Positions 47,717 to 63,295 of a stretch of 64,000 bases of DNA are shown here, piece after piece (position 1 is the stretch's first letter; the number at the start of each line of letters is the position of its first letter). The notes beneath the pieces are model-generated. The model was given only the letters and a program-made list of their open reading frames with translations, had not been told where the DNA came from and did no database searches. The position numbers were made by a program, and so were the translations under genes. Origin of the DNA: the human T2T-CHM13v2.0 reference genome, Homo sapiens; assembly GCF_009914755.1 (NCBI RefSeq), contig NC_060930.1, one strand, 5' to 3'.

Positions 47717-48408
47717 TGTAGGGAGTTCAAGGACTTCAGGTGTATCAGCTATAAAGGGATTTCAGGTATATTGAGGGAAAAACAAGACTATGATGGGCAG
47801 TAGCATACAACGAGCTTTCCCTGTTAGGCACAAAAGAGTGGGGTCTGTTGGCAGGCAAAATGCAAATACTCTGGAATCAGTGAAAGAAAGCACTTCTCTG
47901 CAAGTTTTGAGAAGGGATCTGGAATGGATCTTTTGCTCTGTTGATTAGATCATATTCTTTGGACTCTACTTTTCTCTCAGGCTGCATCTGAGGGGAGGTC
48001 CCTCACAGCAGAAGACCTCCCAGAGGCAGCAGTGAGGAGCCATCACCAGAAGGGGAAGAGGGCACAAGAACTTCTGCTGGGGATGGGAATCAGAGAGCAG
48101 GCTCACATGTCTAGATGCTGCTGCTCAGCAGCACTGTGGGACAGAGACCTCAGAAGGCCATAGCAGCCATTTATAGCCCCAGAGTTTTTCTTATCTATGC
48201 TTAGCAGATATTGGGTGCAGTTTCTGAAGTGTGCAAAGTAGGCAGGCTCTAAATGGCCTAAAATATGCTTATTTGCACTATATAAAAACTGGATGCGTAA
48301 AAGTTTGAGTTTAGAGCTTATGGGCTTTGAGTTAATAGCCTACTGTGAAGAAGTAAACAACATGTGGGCCAATATACAGGGGTTATCCTTGGGATCATGT
48401 ATATGACA
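47717..48408 (-). mobile_element. ERV solo LTR (LTR47-like, tentative)
   Basis: TG...CA termini; TSD ggtgt / ggtgg; interrupts the MLT1 3' end. Confidence 0.7.
47829..47977 (+). repeat. ~150-bp direct copy of 48665-48812
   Basis: Manual alignment: 11 substitutions and 2 indels. Confidence 0.95.
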
Positions 48409-50015
48409 GGTGGTTTTATTACGCAGCAATAGATAACCAGAACAATACAGCTATGCTATATTGCAATCTTTTCAGAAATCTCTATTTTGTTTGCCCAGTT
48501 AGAGTCCACATTTCTTTAGCACACCAGTGTCTTAAATGTTTTGTATAATGCACAGGATTTAACCCAATGCTTTGTAAAGAGTTTCTATGTAATAACTATT
48601 TCTTAAATGATGCAAATTTGCAGATATTTTGATGGTCAAAGAACTCACTACCCTGATTGGTGCACACAAAAGAATGGGGTCTGTTTGCATGCAAAATGCA
48701 AATTCTGGAATCAGTGAAAGCAAGCACTTCTCTGCAAAGTTTTGAGGAGGTATCTGGAATTTATCTTTTTCTCTGTTGATTAGATCATATTCTTTGGAAT
48801 CTACTTTGCTCTTATTTACTGACAGTTACATATGACTTGAAAAATGTGATTACCATGCACCAGTATGCCAAATAATATTTCTCAGTACCATGTGAAGATT
48901 TGGACATACTTAGAAAGCTCTGTGCTATAACTGACATTAGTTGGTATGCACATTTTACTTATGTAGTATATTTTAATTCTGGAGATGTAGATGCATCAAC
49001 TTCTTTAACTAGCAAAATGCCACCAAGACTCATATTGGAGTAGAAAACCAAAACTGGGACATGTCCCCCATGGCTCTGAAGAGATGCCTCATTGCTCATC
49101 TCTGCATCTTTCTGCAGGTCTGCTCCCTTCTCCATGCCCTCTTGACCATCTTCTTATATTTACTCAGGATTTTTCAGCCCATAACTTCCATTTGCGTGTG
49201 GCTCTGTTTGACCCAGCAATCTACAATCCTAACTCTGTCATGCGAGACCTCAGCTTCAACTTCTTTGGCTAATTGGCAATAGTCTTTCAGCTTTCTAGTT
49301 CCAAAATTTCTGCAAGCAACATGTGGTTGGTTCAGATGGTCTTTTATCCCCAGATCACCAGCCAATCTGTGGATGGGCTCTCCTTGATGGAGTGGACCAC
49401 ATTTCTCTAAATAGCTGAGGTCAGTGACAGGGTGGGATATTATAGAGCCAGTACAAGCTACAAGATACAGAACATGGTAGTCAAGGTCTACCCCTTTCTT
49501 CAGAGGTTGTGATGGGTTGGGAGAAAGGGTCAGATGCCTCAAAATATATCCTATCAATTGTGGTTCATTGTCACCTTGACAACTGGCTACATGGAAGTTC
49601 AGAATTTGAGCCTAGAAATCTAGAAGAAAAATGGTGACATTAGCCAAAATAAGGAAAGTACATGGGGAAGCCAGTTTTGTGGGATATAATGTTATTATGA
49701 TATTGATTTTTAGAGAATAATGTGGAGATCTTCTTTCTCTGGGTTTTCTCATAAATGGATAAACTTCCTGAAACATGACTAAATTATATGTGTGAATCTT
49801 CAGCACATTCTTCCTTTTTCAAGTGTAGCTAAACAGTTGCTGAAAATGTTACCTATTAATTAAATTTCAAATGTGATTAACTAAAATCCGTCTTATTGCC
49901 AAATAACTTCAGGTAAATGATGCCCATTAATTTTAAAATTTTGGTTATAGCACAAAAATGGCAAAAGTGCTGATCACATTCTTGAATTTATAGTGTTTCA
50001 ATAATAGCATTATCA

Positions 50016-50354
<339 letters not shown>

Positions 50355-51289
50355 TCAAAGGAGTAAATTAAATTTGCAAGAGATAAACATTTCCTTCATT
50401 GTGGAACTGCTATAATTCTGGATACCTTGACCTAGAAGATGAGGTAATGGAATAAGAAACTCTGGGCAGGAAGTAGACTTTATTTTTAAAGCCATCTTAA
50501 AAGATACAGTCATACTGTGGGCTGATGATACTTCAAGTGTGCATGGCTATTTCTTGCAGTAATGTGGTCTGATTGAGCAATTCTAGAGAAGGAACACTTA
50601 AATCACAATAAAAGAGCCCAGTAAGTTTTCAAATTGTTCTCATCACTGGAAATGTCTTCCCTAAAGTAAGTCAAATTCTGCTTCCTTTGACTACACTCAC
50701 TGATGCAAGTTGTTCCCTCTGAAGCCATACAGAATAAGGGTCAGGTTCTTCCACCATTTCTCATCTGACATGATTTTCAGATCCCTCACATTTTCTTACC
50801 CTTCTGAATATACTGGTGACTGGTTTTGCTGCTTTCTTAATGTGCTCTGAAGAAGATTCAAGTAACACTTACAAACACAATAGACTAGAGTTACATAACT
50901 CAAGAGTTAAGAAAGACTGGAACTGGCTTTTTAAAAGTTATGTAATAATAGCTTTTTTATCATTAGCTATAATTTGATAAAACCATTAGATGTTTTATCA
51001 AAAAGTAATAATGGTGGCAATGACAACTAACTCAGGTGTAGATCTCCAAAGTTCCCAAAGCCCTTTCCTAGCTGACATTTTTCCCCCATCCCTATTTGCA
51101 CAAGCCATACTAGTCTTATTCCTAACACCAACTCCTCAGGAACTAAGGGAAAGTTGACAGTTACTGTTTGTGGTTTGACATAAGAAGGACAAAAAAAAAA
51201 ACCCTTCTATTTCCAGAGACAGTCTATAAATATGTGATCTTGTATGCAATTTGCATACATGAATTAAACTTTTTATACACAAATTGTAG

Positions 51290-53760
<2,471 letters not shown>

Positions 53761-53819
53761 AATATTCTTAGAAAGAGACATATTGAAACTGTTAATAATC
53801 ATTTCTATCTTAGGATAAA

Positions 53820-54480
53820 TGAGTTCCAGATATTGTCGTGGGCCTAGGTTTTGGAAACGGGAAAGGATAGTTATTAGTCAAGCAATTACTTGAGTCCTAG
53901 AGAAGGGGATGGGGGTGACAACAAGTATAATCATGGAGTTCAGAGTCTGGGGAGATACACATTTCCCATGTCATAGAGCCTCTCTTTACACATTCATCAG
54001 AATGTGTCCCTGTAACATCACCACACAATGGTTTGGTGTTCCAGGGAAGCAAATAACTTAGTAGGTGTTGGGAAAGTGCTTAAATAAAAAACATGGGCTT
54101 CAGTGACATAAATTATGAAACATAAGTCATGGTACTTTTTGTTTTTCCATAGTATAAATTAAACAAAACCAGGAAAACAGCTTCATAGGGAGGCTTATAT
54201 CTATCCAATAAAATTCCCAGTCAGGATATTTATTCACTCAAAGGCGCTACCAGAAGGGACAGAACAGATGGATGACACTGTGACAGCCCAGGGCTGCCTA
54301 AGACAGCCATGGAGTCTTCCTTCTCCCTGCACTGCTCTCCTTTTTCTAATTGAAGTTTGAATACCATCTTGCATTTTCAATATTCTTTTGTGCACTTCTA
54401 TTTGATCCTAATAACAACCTCGTTTATTAGACTTTTCTTGTGTACTCTCTCACATCCAACCAAACACGTCTTACTACCCT
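53820..54480 (+). mobile_element. Degenerate Ty3/Gypsy (Sushi-type) gag-end/protease/RT remnant, copy 1
   Basis: Ordered motif remnants found by manual multi-frame translation; see findings. Confidence 0.5.
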
Positions 54481-54715
54481 TTTTTTTTTTTTTTTTTTTT
54501 GAGACACAGTCTTGCTCTGTCACCCAGGCTGAAATGAAGTGGCTTGATCTGTGCTCACTGCAACTTTTGCCTCCCAAGTTCAAGCTATTCTCCTGTCTCA
54601 GCCTCCCAAATAGCTGGGATTACAGGTGCGTGCCACCATGCCTGGCTAATTTTTTGTATTTTTAGTAGACACGAGGTTTCACCATGTTGGCCAGGCTGGT
54701 CTCAAACTCCTGACT
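54480..54715 (-). mobile_element. AluS, 5'-truncated
   Basis: Poly-T, right arm and part of the left arm. Confidence 0.92.
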
Positions 54716-54809
54716 TCTTTCTCAACTTTTTATTTCCAGGGTTTCCTTCTGAGTTTAGAATTTTATTGTTTCATTTCCAAATTCCTGTGGTAGTCTTCCA
54801 TCATCCTGG

Positions 54810-55265
54810 AGGCGCGATAGGCTAGCTGTTGAAAAACAACTCCTGAATCTCAGAAGTATAATATGATAAGGCTTTATTTCACAATTACATCATAGTTTAA
54901 TACAAGGTATGAGTTGGGGTAGGGCAGGGTCAAAAATTGTCTATGTTGTCCTTCAGGGACCTAGACTTTATATATCTATGGCCCCACCCCCCTGGAGCCT
55001 CAGAGTTCCCCACTGTATCCTCTGCCTCTGGCTGACAGATGAGAAATGAGAAAGTGTGTGGACAATTGTGCAGGAGGTTTTCAGGGCCAGAGCCTGAAGG
55101 TGGCATACGTGGATCCTGCCACACTCTATTGGCAGGAAGTCAGTCATATGGCTGCCCCTAACTGTAAGAGAGGCTGGGAAATGCAGTCTAGTTTTGTGCC
55201 CAAGAGGAAAAGAAAATATATTTTGGTGAAAACTGCATACTTGGACACAGCCAGCCTCTCTGCCC
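54810..55265 (-). mobile_element. MLT1J-like LTR
   Basis: cctaactgtaagagaggctgggaaatgcagtctag...gcccaagaggaa. Confidence 0.75.
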
Positions 55266-55291
55266 ACCTATGTTGCATGTTCTACCAGATT

Positions 55292-55430
55292 AGCATTCAT
55301 TCAGTCATTAAACAAACATTTACTAAATACCACTATCTGCCAGCTACTACGCTATGCACCATGAATACAAAAATGCATAACTTCTAATTTTGCCTTCCTT
55401 GGAACTCACAAGCTAGTGGGAGATAAGAAT
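55292..55430 (-). mobile_element. L2 3' end
   Basis: cattcattcagtc...aaacatttactaaatacc...ggaactcacaagctagtggga. Confidence 0.7.
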
Positions 55431-55462
55431 ACTAAAAAAAAATGTCTACATTGAGTTAAGTA

Positions 55463-56515
55463 CAGTGGTCCTCCCTTATCTGCAGGGGATACCTTACAAG
55501 ACCCGCAGCGGATACCCCAAACACAGATAGTACAGCACCCTATATATGCTGCTTTTTCCTATATATGCATACCTATGATGAGGTTTATTTATTTATTTAT
55601 TTTAGACACAGAGTATTGCTATTTTGCCCAGGCTGGTCTCCAGCCCTGGGTTCAAGTGATCGTCTGGTTTTAGCCTCCCGAATGGCTGGAACTACATACA
55701 TAATTTACAAATTAGGCACAGCAAGAGATTAACAATAACTAATAATAAATAGAATATTTATAACTACATACTGTAATAACAGTTATGTGAATGTAGTCTT
55801 TCCCAAAATATCTTATTGTACTCTATTCACATGACAGTAGTTTCTTCACCGGCAGACTCAGCCTCTCCAGTAATTTTTATATTTTTCAGCCCAAACATAT
55901 TCCCGAGTCTGTATAACCACCCCTCACTCGCAATAAATGGCTGATGTCACTTGTTTCTGGGGATCCCTTGCTGAAGTCTTCCTACAGGCTCAATGCTTTC
56001 TGGCACAACACATTGCTGTGAATCGGAACATGTTGCATTCATGTCTTCCACCCACATCTTTAATGCCTTTTCCATCATAATTAAGCACTTATTACACACT
56101 GTGGCCATAACTTTTGCAGTTTTAGATGCAGAATAAAACTAGCACAAACATCTTTTTCCTTCTTCACAATTTCACAGATAGAGGATTTGTCCTTACCATA
56201 GATCCAAATCTATGGTATGAAAACTAAGCATACAATATTTTTTTCTTTCCTTATTAAGTCAAGGACTTTGATCTTTTTATGTAAAGGAAGTACTTGACAG
56301 CTTCTCTTTGTCATACCTAAATTGCCAGCTTCACTACTTTTGTGCTTTGAGGCCATTATGAAGTTAAGTAAGGGTGTCTTGAACACAAGTGCTGTGATGT
56401 CACAACAGTTGATCCAATTATCCAGCCAGCTACTAAGTGACATGCGCAGGCAGCATCTACAGTGTGGAAATGCTGAACAAAAGGATGATTCATATGCCAG
56501 ATGGGATGAAGCAGA
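55463..56515 (-). mobile_element. Tigger7/MER44-type DNA transposon with transposase N-terminal remnant
   Basis: TA plus cagtggtcctcccttatc TIR; ORF 56210-56527 contains MASKHKSSEAGN...KIKVLDLIRKEK (CENP-B-type HTH). Confidence 0.85.
55584..55697 (-). mobile_element. FLAM monomer nested in Tigger7
   Basis: (TTTA)n tail plus tgcccaggctggtctc. Confidence 0.75.
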
Positions 56516-56559
56516 ACCTGCTGCCAAGCAATGTCTTAGCCTCTAGTAATGAGAACAGA

Positions 56560-57450
56560 ATGAATATTACCCTGATCTATCCTTCTACTTTGCTCCTTGC
56601 CTAGACATATGTAGGTTGCTTACTGAGCTGTCGGGGTCATGATTTGACTTACCTGTAAGTCCAGGTTGTGGTACACTTCAGGTCACCAAGGACTTTTACT
56701 GATTCTTCATCTAACAATTTCAACTTCAAAGCTATTCCAAGCTCTGGACAATCATTTTGGAAATGATCTATTGGTGGCTGCTGCTGGAAAAGACCATCAC
56801 ACAAGACTATACCCTTCAATACTGGTATGGAAAAGTATATGAAACTGCCTTTCCTATAAGTAAATGGCTTCTCACATTATCATTTGGTATTCAACCCTGA
56901 TCAGCACAACATCCATCCCTGAGAATGTCATGGGAGCTAAGGAGACATAGCATTCATTTTGGTTTACGGCCATCAGTGTTGCCCAAGTGCCATATAGGGA
57001 GTCTCTCAGGCCATGCTATCAGTGCCCAGGGTGCCAACTAGGAATGCCACCTATTAAGAAGTCTTTTCAGAAAAGGAACCAGAAAAACTGCCTTTGTATT
57101 AAGATAATGAGTAGACACGCAACCTTAGGACCAGCAGAGTCTACAGCAGCTTCTCACTTCAGATCAACTGAATCATAATGAGCATATAGCAACCTGCTCT
57201 TTTAGATGGGTTTCAAATCACCAACTGCTAGACTGTCAATACCACAAAGTTGATGTCTTATACTCCTATATGGATGAATATCTGGGGTCTTCAAAAGCCA
57301 ACACATCCAGGAGAACTGTGCCCCTAGAGAGCTTAGAGGTAATACAGTCCCACATAGAAATGAAGGGCCACCTTAGGAGATGGCAGCAAACCATTGTCTA
57401 CATCCAGGAACTCCTTCTAGAACCCAGGAGTCTCTTAACTTGGCACCTGA
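56560..57450 (+). mobile_element. Degenerate Ty3/Gypsy (Sushi-type) protease/RT remnant, copy 2
   Basis: DSSSNNF, EVFSEKEPEKLP, RVYS, YMDE, TPSRTQES in the expected order. Confidence 0.45.
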
Positions 57451-57761
57451 AGAAAATATGGGTTAGAAGCTTTTGCTTGAGCAATAGACCTGCCTCAGCA
57501 GGCAAGTCTTAAGCCCAATTCTTTCATCTGTCGTGGCCATGGATCTCTAGTGCAGTGTCCAGAACTACACAGAAACTTCAAGGATGTGTTAGAAGATAAA
57601 TTTTAATCTGTGCATTTTTTATTTAAAAGCAAAGAGAGCCAAAAAGCCTATAAATAATTTAAAATTGAATGATGAAAAACATTTAATTATCCCAAAGAAG
57701 AAAGAAAAGAAGGAATAAAAAATAATTATAAAATGGTGAACATTTCCCAAACATTAATCAC

Positions 57762-57942
57762 ATTTTTTTTTTGTAGCTGGGATTACAGGATTGTGCCACC
57801 ATGCCTGCTAATTTGTAAATTTTTGTAGAGGTGAAGTCTCACTATAATGCCCAGTCTTGTCCTGAACTCCCGGCATCAAAAGATCATCCTGCCTGGGCCT
57901 TCCAAAGTGCTAGTATTACAAGTGTGAGCCACCATATCTGGA
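57762..57942 (-). mobile_element. AluJ with most of the right arm deleted
   Basis: Poly-T joined directly to gtagctgggattaca. Confidence 0.8.
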
Positions 57943-58788
57943 CTACTTTAAATTTAAATGGACTACACATACCTAATAAAACATGAAAACTGTAAGAATG
58001 AATTAAAAAAATGCAAGACTCAACTATATATGGCCTATAAGAGATGTACTTTATTTATTCATTTATTTTTATTGTTATTACTTTTTAGCTTCCTCGGGCT
58101 GAAAGAGATGCACTTTAAATATAAAGACAAATCGATTCGAAGTACTTTCTTAAGGGAATAATAGAAAGCCAAAATCAATGGAATAGAAAACAGACAAACA
58201 ATAAAGAAAATTAATACAGATAAAATTTGGTTCTTTAAAAAGACAAATAAAATTGATAAATCTGCATGTAGCCAAACTGTTGAAGGAAAAAAGAAAGATA
58301 AATTATTAATATTGGGAGTAAAAGAGATAATATCATTACTCCAGATCCTACATACCTTAAGGATGATAACGGAATATTATAAATAACATTACACCAATAA
58401 ATTCAGTAGTTCAGATGGAATAGATGGATTTTTTGACAAAAATAGTTTACCCAAACTGATACCATATGAAATAAAATCTTTTAAAAATACTATGAAATAA
58501 TAGTAACAAACAACATGAATATAATAACAAATATAGGGTTATAATAATTATAATATCTGAGTTGTCTTACATCTATTAAAATTTTTAATTACTTATCAGA
58601 AAGTTTCCCACAAAGGCCCAGACAGTTTTACTGGTGAATCCTATCAAACATTTAAGGAAGGAATAACAACACTCTTACATAAACTATTTAAGAAAATAGA
58701 GGAAAAGAATACTTCCCAACTTGTTTTATATGGCTACCAAAGCAGTGATACCAAAATCTGACAATTATGTTCAAAAGAGAAAAAAAGA

Positions 58789-59058
58789 GGCCAGGCCTGG
58801 TGGCTCATGCCTGCAATCCTAGCCCTTTGGGAAGCCAAGGCAGGCAGATCACTTGAGCAAAGACCAGCCTGGGCAACATGGTGAAACCCCATCTCTACAA
58901 AAAATACAAAAATAAGTCAGGTGTGATGGCATAAGTCTGTAGTAGCTAGTTGCAAGGCTGACGCGGGAGGATCACTTGAGCCCCTGAGGTTGAGGCCGCA
59001 GTGAGTTATAATCACGTCACGGCACTCCAGCTTAAGCGAAAGAGCGAGACTTTGTCTC
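58789..59058 (+). mobile_element. AluJ
   Basis: Dimer with small deletions. Confidence 0.9.
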
Positions 59059-59269
59059 AAAAAAGAAAGAAGAAAGAAGAGAAAGAGAGAGAAAGAAAGA
59101 GAGAAAGAAAGAAAGAAAGAGGGAGGGAGGGAGGGAAGGAAGGAAGGAGAGAAAAAGAAAGAAAGAGAAAGAGAGAGAGAGAAAAAGAAAGAGGAGGGAG
59201 GGGAGGAGAGGGAAGGAAAGGGAAGAAGGAACAGGGAGAGGAAAAGGAAGGAAAGGGGAGGGAGGGGGA
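59059..59269 (+). repeat. GA-rich polypurine tract (Alu tail-derived)
   Basis: About 210 nt of purines with a single C (59232). Confidence 0.95.
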
Positions 59270-59713
59270 CATTAAAGAGAAACAAAAAAATTACAGACCA
59301 ATATTCTTCATGTATGTAGACACAAAATTATTTTTAAAATATAAGTAAATCAAATCTTGAAATACATGTAAAGGATGATACACTATAACCAAGAGGGGTT
59401 TATCCTAGGGCTTCAATAAATGAGAGAAAAAAATAAATGTAAAATAGGTGAGCAAATCAAATGTATACGGTAAGATGGCAAAAGTAAATACAAATATAAA
59501 TAATTAAATGAAGGTAATTGACCGAATATTAAAAAAAAATTCGGACTTCCAGAATGGACTAAGAAACAATAACAACATACCTCATAAATGCAATGTATAT
59601 TAAGAAAACAGCAACCATATGTAGTTTCCTATATATAACAAAACAGAAAAGTTGAAAGAATGGGAAAAAAATCACACAAATTAAATAAAAAGAAAATTGG
59701 TGTAACTCTACTA

Positions 59714-60048
59714 CGGGTTGATTATCACTTATCTAAAATGCTTGGGACCAGAAGTGTTTCAAATTTCAGATTTTTTTGAATTGGGGAATATTTATATGTA
59801 CATAAAGAGATATCTTGGGGATGGGACCTGAAGCTAAACACAGAATTTATTTGTTTCATATACACTTTATACACATTGTATTTTGTACAATGTTATTAAT
59901 AACTGTGTGCATGAAACAAGCTTTTCACTGCATTTTGACTGTGACCCATCACATGAGGTCAGGTGTGGAATTTCCTACTTGCGGTGTCATGTCAGTGCTA
60001 AAAAACTTTAAGATTTTGGAGCATTTTAGATTAGGGGTACTCAGCCTG
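59714..60048. mobile_element. Tigger4-type (Zombi) DNA transposon
   Basis: TA TSD on both sides; cgggttgattatcact...gggtactcagcctg TIRs. Confidence 0.85.
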
Positions 60049-60649
60049 TACTAGCAATGATAACAGACTTTAAGCCAAAAGGCAGTAGTAGAATTAATAA
60101 CAAGAAAGCTTCAATTCACTGGGAATGTTTAACAATTCTAAATTCATATGTACCTATAATATTTACATGGCCTCAAAGTATATAAAACAAAAATTAACAA
60201 GAGCTACAAGGAGAAATAAAAAATAATGAATATTTGCCTCATTTTCTCACTTGTTTTTAATTCACTGAATTATGTTGTATTTTGTGCTCATTTGTTAGTT
60301 GGTTTGAAATTTTTTTAGGACAAACAGGGATACAGCTTAATTAATTGATTTTAAAACTCTAATAGTGAGACCTCACCTAAATTATTAAAATTTATCATCA
60401 TGGTCCCTAATCCCCTTCTGAGAAGGAACTGGAAGTGTGTTGTCTTGGTAAGAAAGCCCCTCCTTTGGGCCTAGGACCTCTCAACAAATGCTACTTTTTA
60501 ATGAGACTTTCCTCTTTTGGTCAATAGATTACCCGTAAATTAATTGAAGCCTTAGGCCTTGGATATAAAGCAAGTAATGTGACTTCATTAAAATACTAAA
60601 GTTACAGTGACAATACTATCTTTGAAATTAAATGTAGGAGTTGCATCTC

Positions 60650-62840
60650 TTGTTTTTATTTTCATTTTAAATCTTATTTATTCTTTTATTTGCTTCTTTT
60701 GAAGTTTATTTAATGGTAATGCACACAAGAGATACAAGGTTGAAAACACATGAATGGAAATATTTTTTAAAAATTCATCTCTTTGGCCTCCGCTACCCAA
60801 GCCCCAGTTCTAAATTGTACAGGTAACCCATGTTACAGAAAGTTAGACTACCCAACAAATGTTCTTCACCTCGCTTTTTTTTTTACTATTTACCCTAGTC
60901 ACTATTTCATATCAGTTTATCGAGTGGGTACCACATTTTTTTTAATGTCCTGCATCCTGCATAACATTCCTGCATGGATGAAGCACATTTATCTTACCTG
61001 CCCCTTTGCTATCACAGACAGCATTGCAATGAACAGCATTGTATACATACCTTTGTGTTCTTGCTGGAGTGTATTTAAAGAGAAAATTTTATTAAGTGAG
61101 TTGGGTAAAACGGTACAAATGTGCGTTTAATTTTGATAAACATTGCCAAATCATCCCATAGTTAAAAGTTCTACAAATGTACTCTCCCAACAATTACTGA
61201 ACGTGCTTGTGCCCCTGAACTCTTGCCAGAACGGTTTATTATTACAATGTTTATCTTTAGCATTCTGATTGGTGAAAAATAGTTTCTTGTTGTCATTTCA
61301 AGAAGGACTATTCTTATGAGGGGGTTGAGTATCTTTTAAAAATACTATAAAATAATATTAACAAAAATATGAGTATAACTAATATAGTGTTATGATTATA
61401 AACACAATAAATCTATCATAAATATGAAATAAGTAATATAAGATATACTATTTGTCAAAAAAAATTGCATTACCAATCAGATGAAAGCCACTGTATACCC
61501 TTCCCTAGTTGAATTTCTCTATCTCGTTATTTCAGAAGTATTTGCTACCTTGAATTTAACATTTATCATTTTCAGGTATTTATGTAGATCTTGCAACACA
61601 TTTATTTACTCCCAAATTACATATATTTGTGTATATGTGTGTGCATATAAGTAGTTGGCATGTTTTTAAATTTCATATAGTGTCATATTGCAAGTATTCA
61701 TCCTGCAGTGTGCTTTTTGTCCTCGACATTATTTTGTGATAATTCACTCATGATATTTATGCAGCTCAGATTCATTCACTTTCTACTGCTCAGTAATCCA
61801 TTGAATGAATATATAACCATTTATTTATTCTACTATTGATGGTCCATTTAGGCTGTTTCCAATTTTTGCTCTTTGTGACAATGCTACTATGAACATCATT
61901 GTAAACATCTCTTCATCGACATAGGAGCAGACCTGCTGGGACCTGCTGGGTCACAGGGTTTGGATTCTTCAGCTTTACTACATATTGCCAAGTTGCTTTC
62001 AAACGTAACTGTTCCAATGTATGCTTTCATCAACAGTATAGAAGAGTCCTCTTGCTTCACAGTTTTGCCAAACTTGGCTTTAGAAAATATTAATTTTTTG
62101 CCAATAGGATGCATTTGAAACAAAATTTCTTACAGATTTAGTTTTCATATGCCTGATTATGAATAAGACTACACATCTTCACAGATGTGTAAAAGCCATT
62201 TGTGTTTTTCCTTATGTAAACTACCTGCTGTGGTGTTAGCTCATTTTTTTCTATTAGGTTATTGTTTTTTGTCTTATTTTTAATTGCTTTGTAGAAAGAT
62301 TTTTATTTTAGGAGATTAGGTACCTGCTACCTTAACTATCATTTTTTACCATCAATAGTTTTTCTAGATTTTCTTTTTTCTTGTGTCCTTATTTATAGTA
62401 CCTTTAAAACCAACTATTTAAATTTATATATTTTATATATATTTACATAAATATAACTTTATATAAATGTGATCACATATAGGCATTTTGTATGTGTGCA
62501 ATGTTTTTCCACTTTTTATGTGGTTTTCTCCTTAGTCTCTCCTACTTTTCCCCTCATGTGGCTTCCCTGTTCCCCCTACAAAGATAACTCATATTATAAA
62601 CTTTACATTAATTATTCCATACTTTTACTGCATTCAAATGCCTCTATACGACTTGTACATTTATGTACATACTCTGCAGGATATTTTAATTTTGTCATTA
62701 TTTGGTTTATAAACATGCAATTATGCTAATACAAATTTTTTTTGCTTTTTATATTTTCATTTAACAATACTTTGGGAAAATACCTCTAAGTAAAACTGTG
62801 TGATTCTAACTCATTTTTCTAATGGCTCCTAAATTTTGTT
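60650..62840 (-). mobile_element. Several old L1ME-like 3' fragments
   Basis: Repeated gcaatgaaca, attgccaa, catttaggctgtttccaattt motifs. Confidence 0.65.
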
Positions 62841-63019
62841 GTATCAACAAAAATTTTGCTAAGCAAAAATCACAGCATAGAAAGTTACAGGGACCTAAAG
62901 AAGGAAAATTGTACTTAGTCAAGATTTTATAAATATATTTTGGATATGTATATGCATGAACTTTAAAGTGACATTAAGAGGTACATTTTACTCCATAAAA
63001 TTTGTTGTTGTGGAAATTA

Positions 63020-63295
63020 AATATATGAATGTATATGTACTTCTTTTGCTTATATACTTATGTATCTATATTATATATAATTTTGTATATGTATTACATA
63101 AATATATTTTTTATATATTAGAGATACCTATCATATATTATATACTTATGATATTTATTTATATTATTTATATATCTTATATGAGGTAAATATATATTTA
63201 TATATTACATAAATGTATAGTATATATAAGCATATACTATATATGTGTAATATGTGTATACTATATATTGTGTATATATCTATACACACACATAG
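63020..63295. repeat. AT-rich (TA)n low-complexity tract
   Basis: Read directly. Confidence 0.85.

Larger units (their letters stand above)
47211..48448 (+). mobile_element. MLT1 (G/H-like) LTR split by a younger LTR
   Basis: gagaggtggagtcta...ttttaagcca [insert] gcagcaatagataaccagaaca. Confidence 0.8.
57600..60220 (+). mobile_element. Old L1M ORF2 remnants with nested Alus and Tigger4
   Basis: tttaaatttaaatggacta, aaaattgataaa, ttttactggtgaatcctatcaaacatttaagga, ttacagaccaatat. Confidence 0.7.

Noticed and set aside
58917-59348. Low-complexity charged or hydrophobic ORFs
   Set aside because: Translations of the Alu and the polypurine tract
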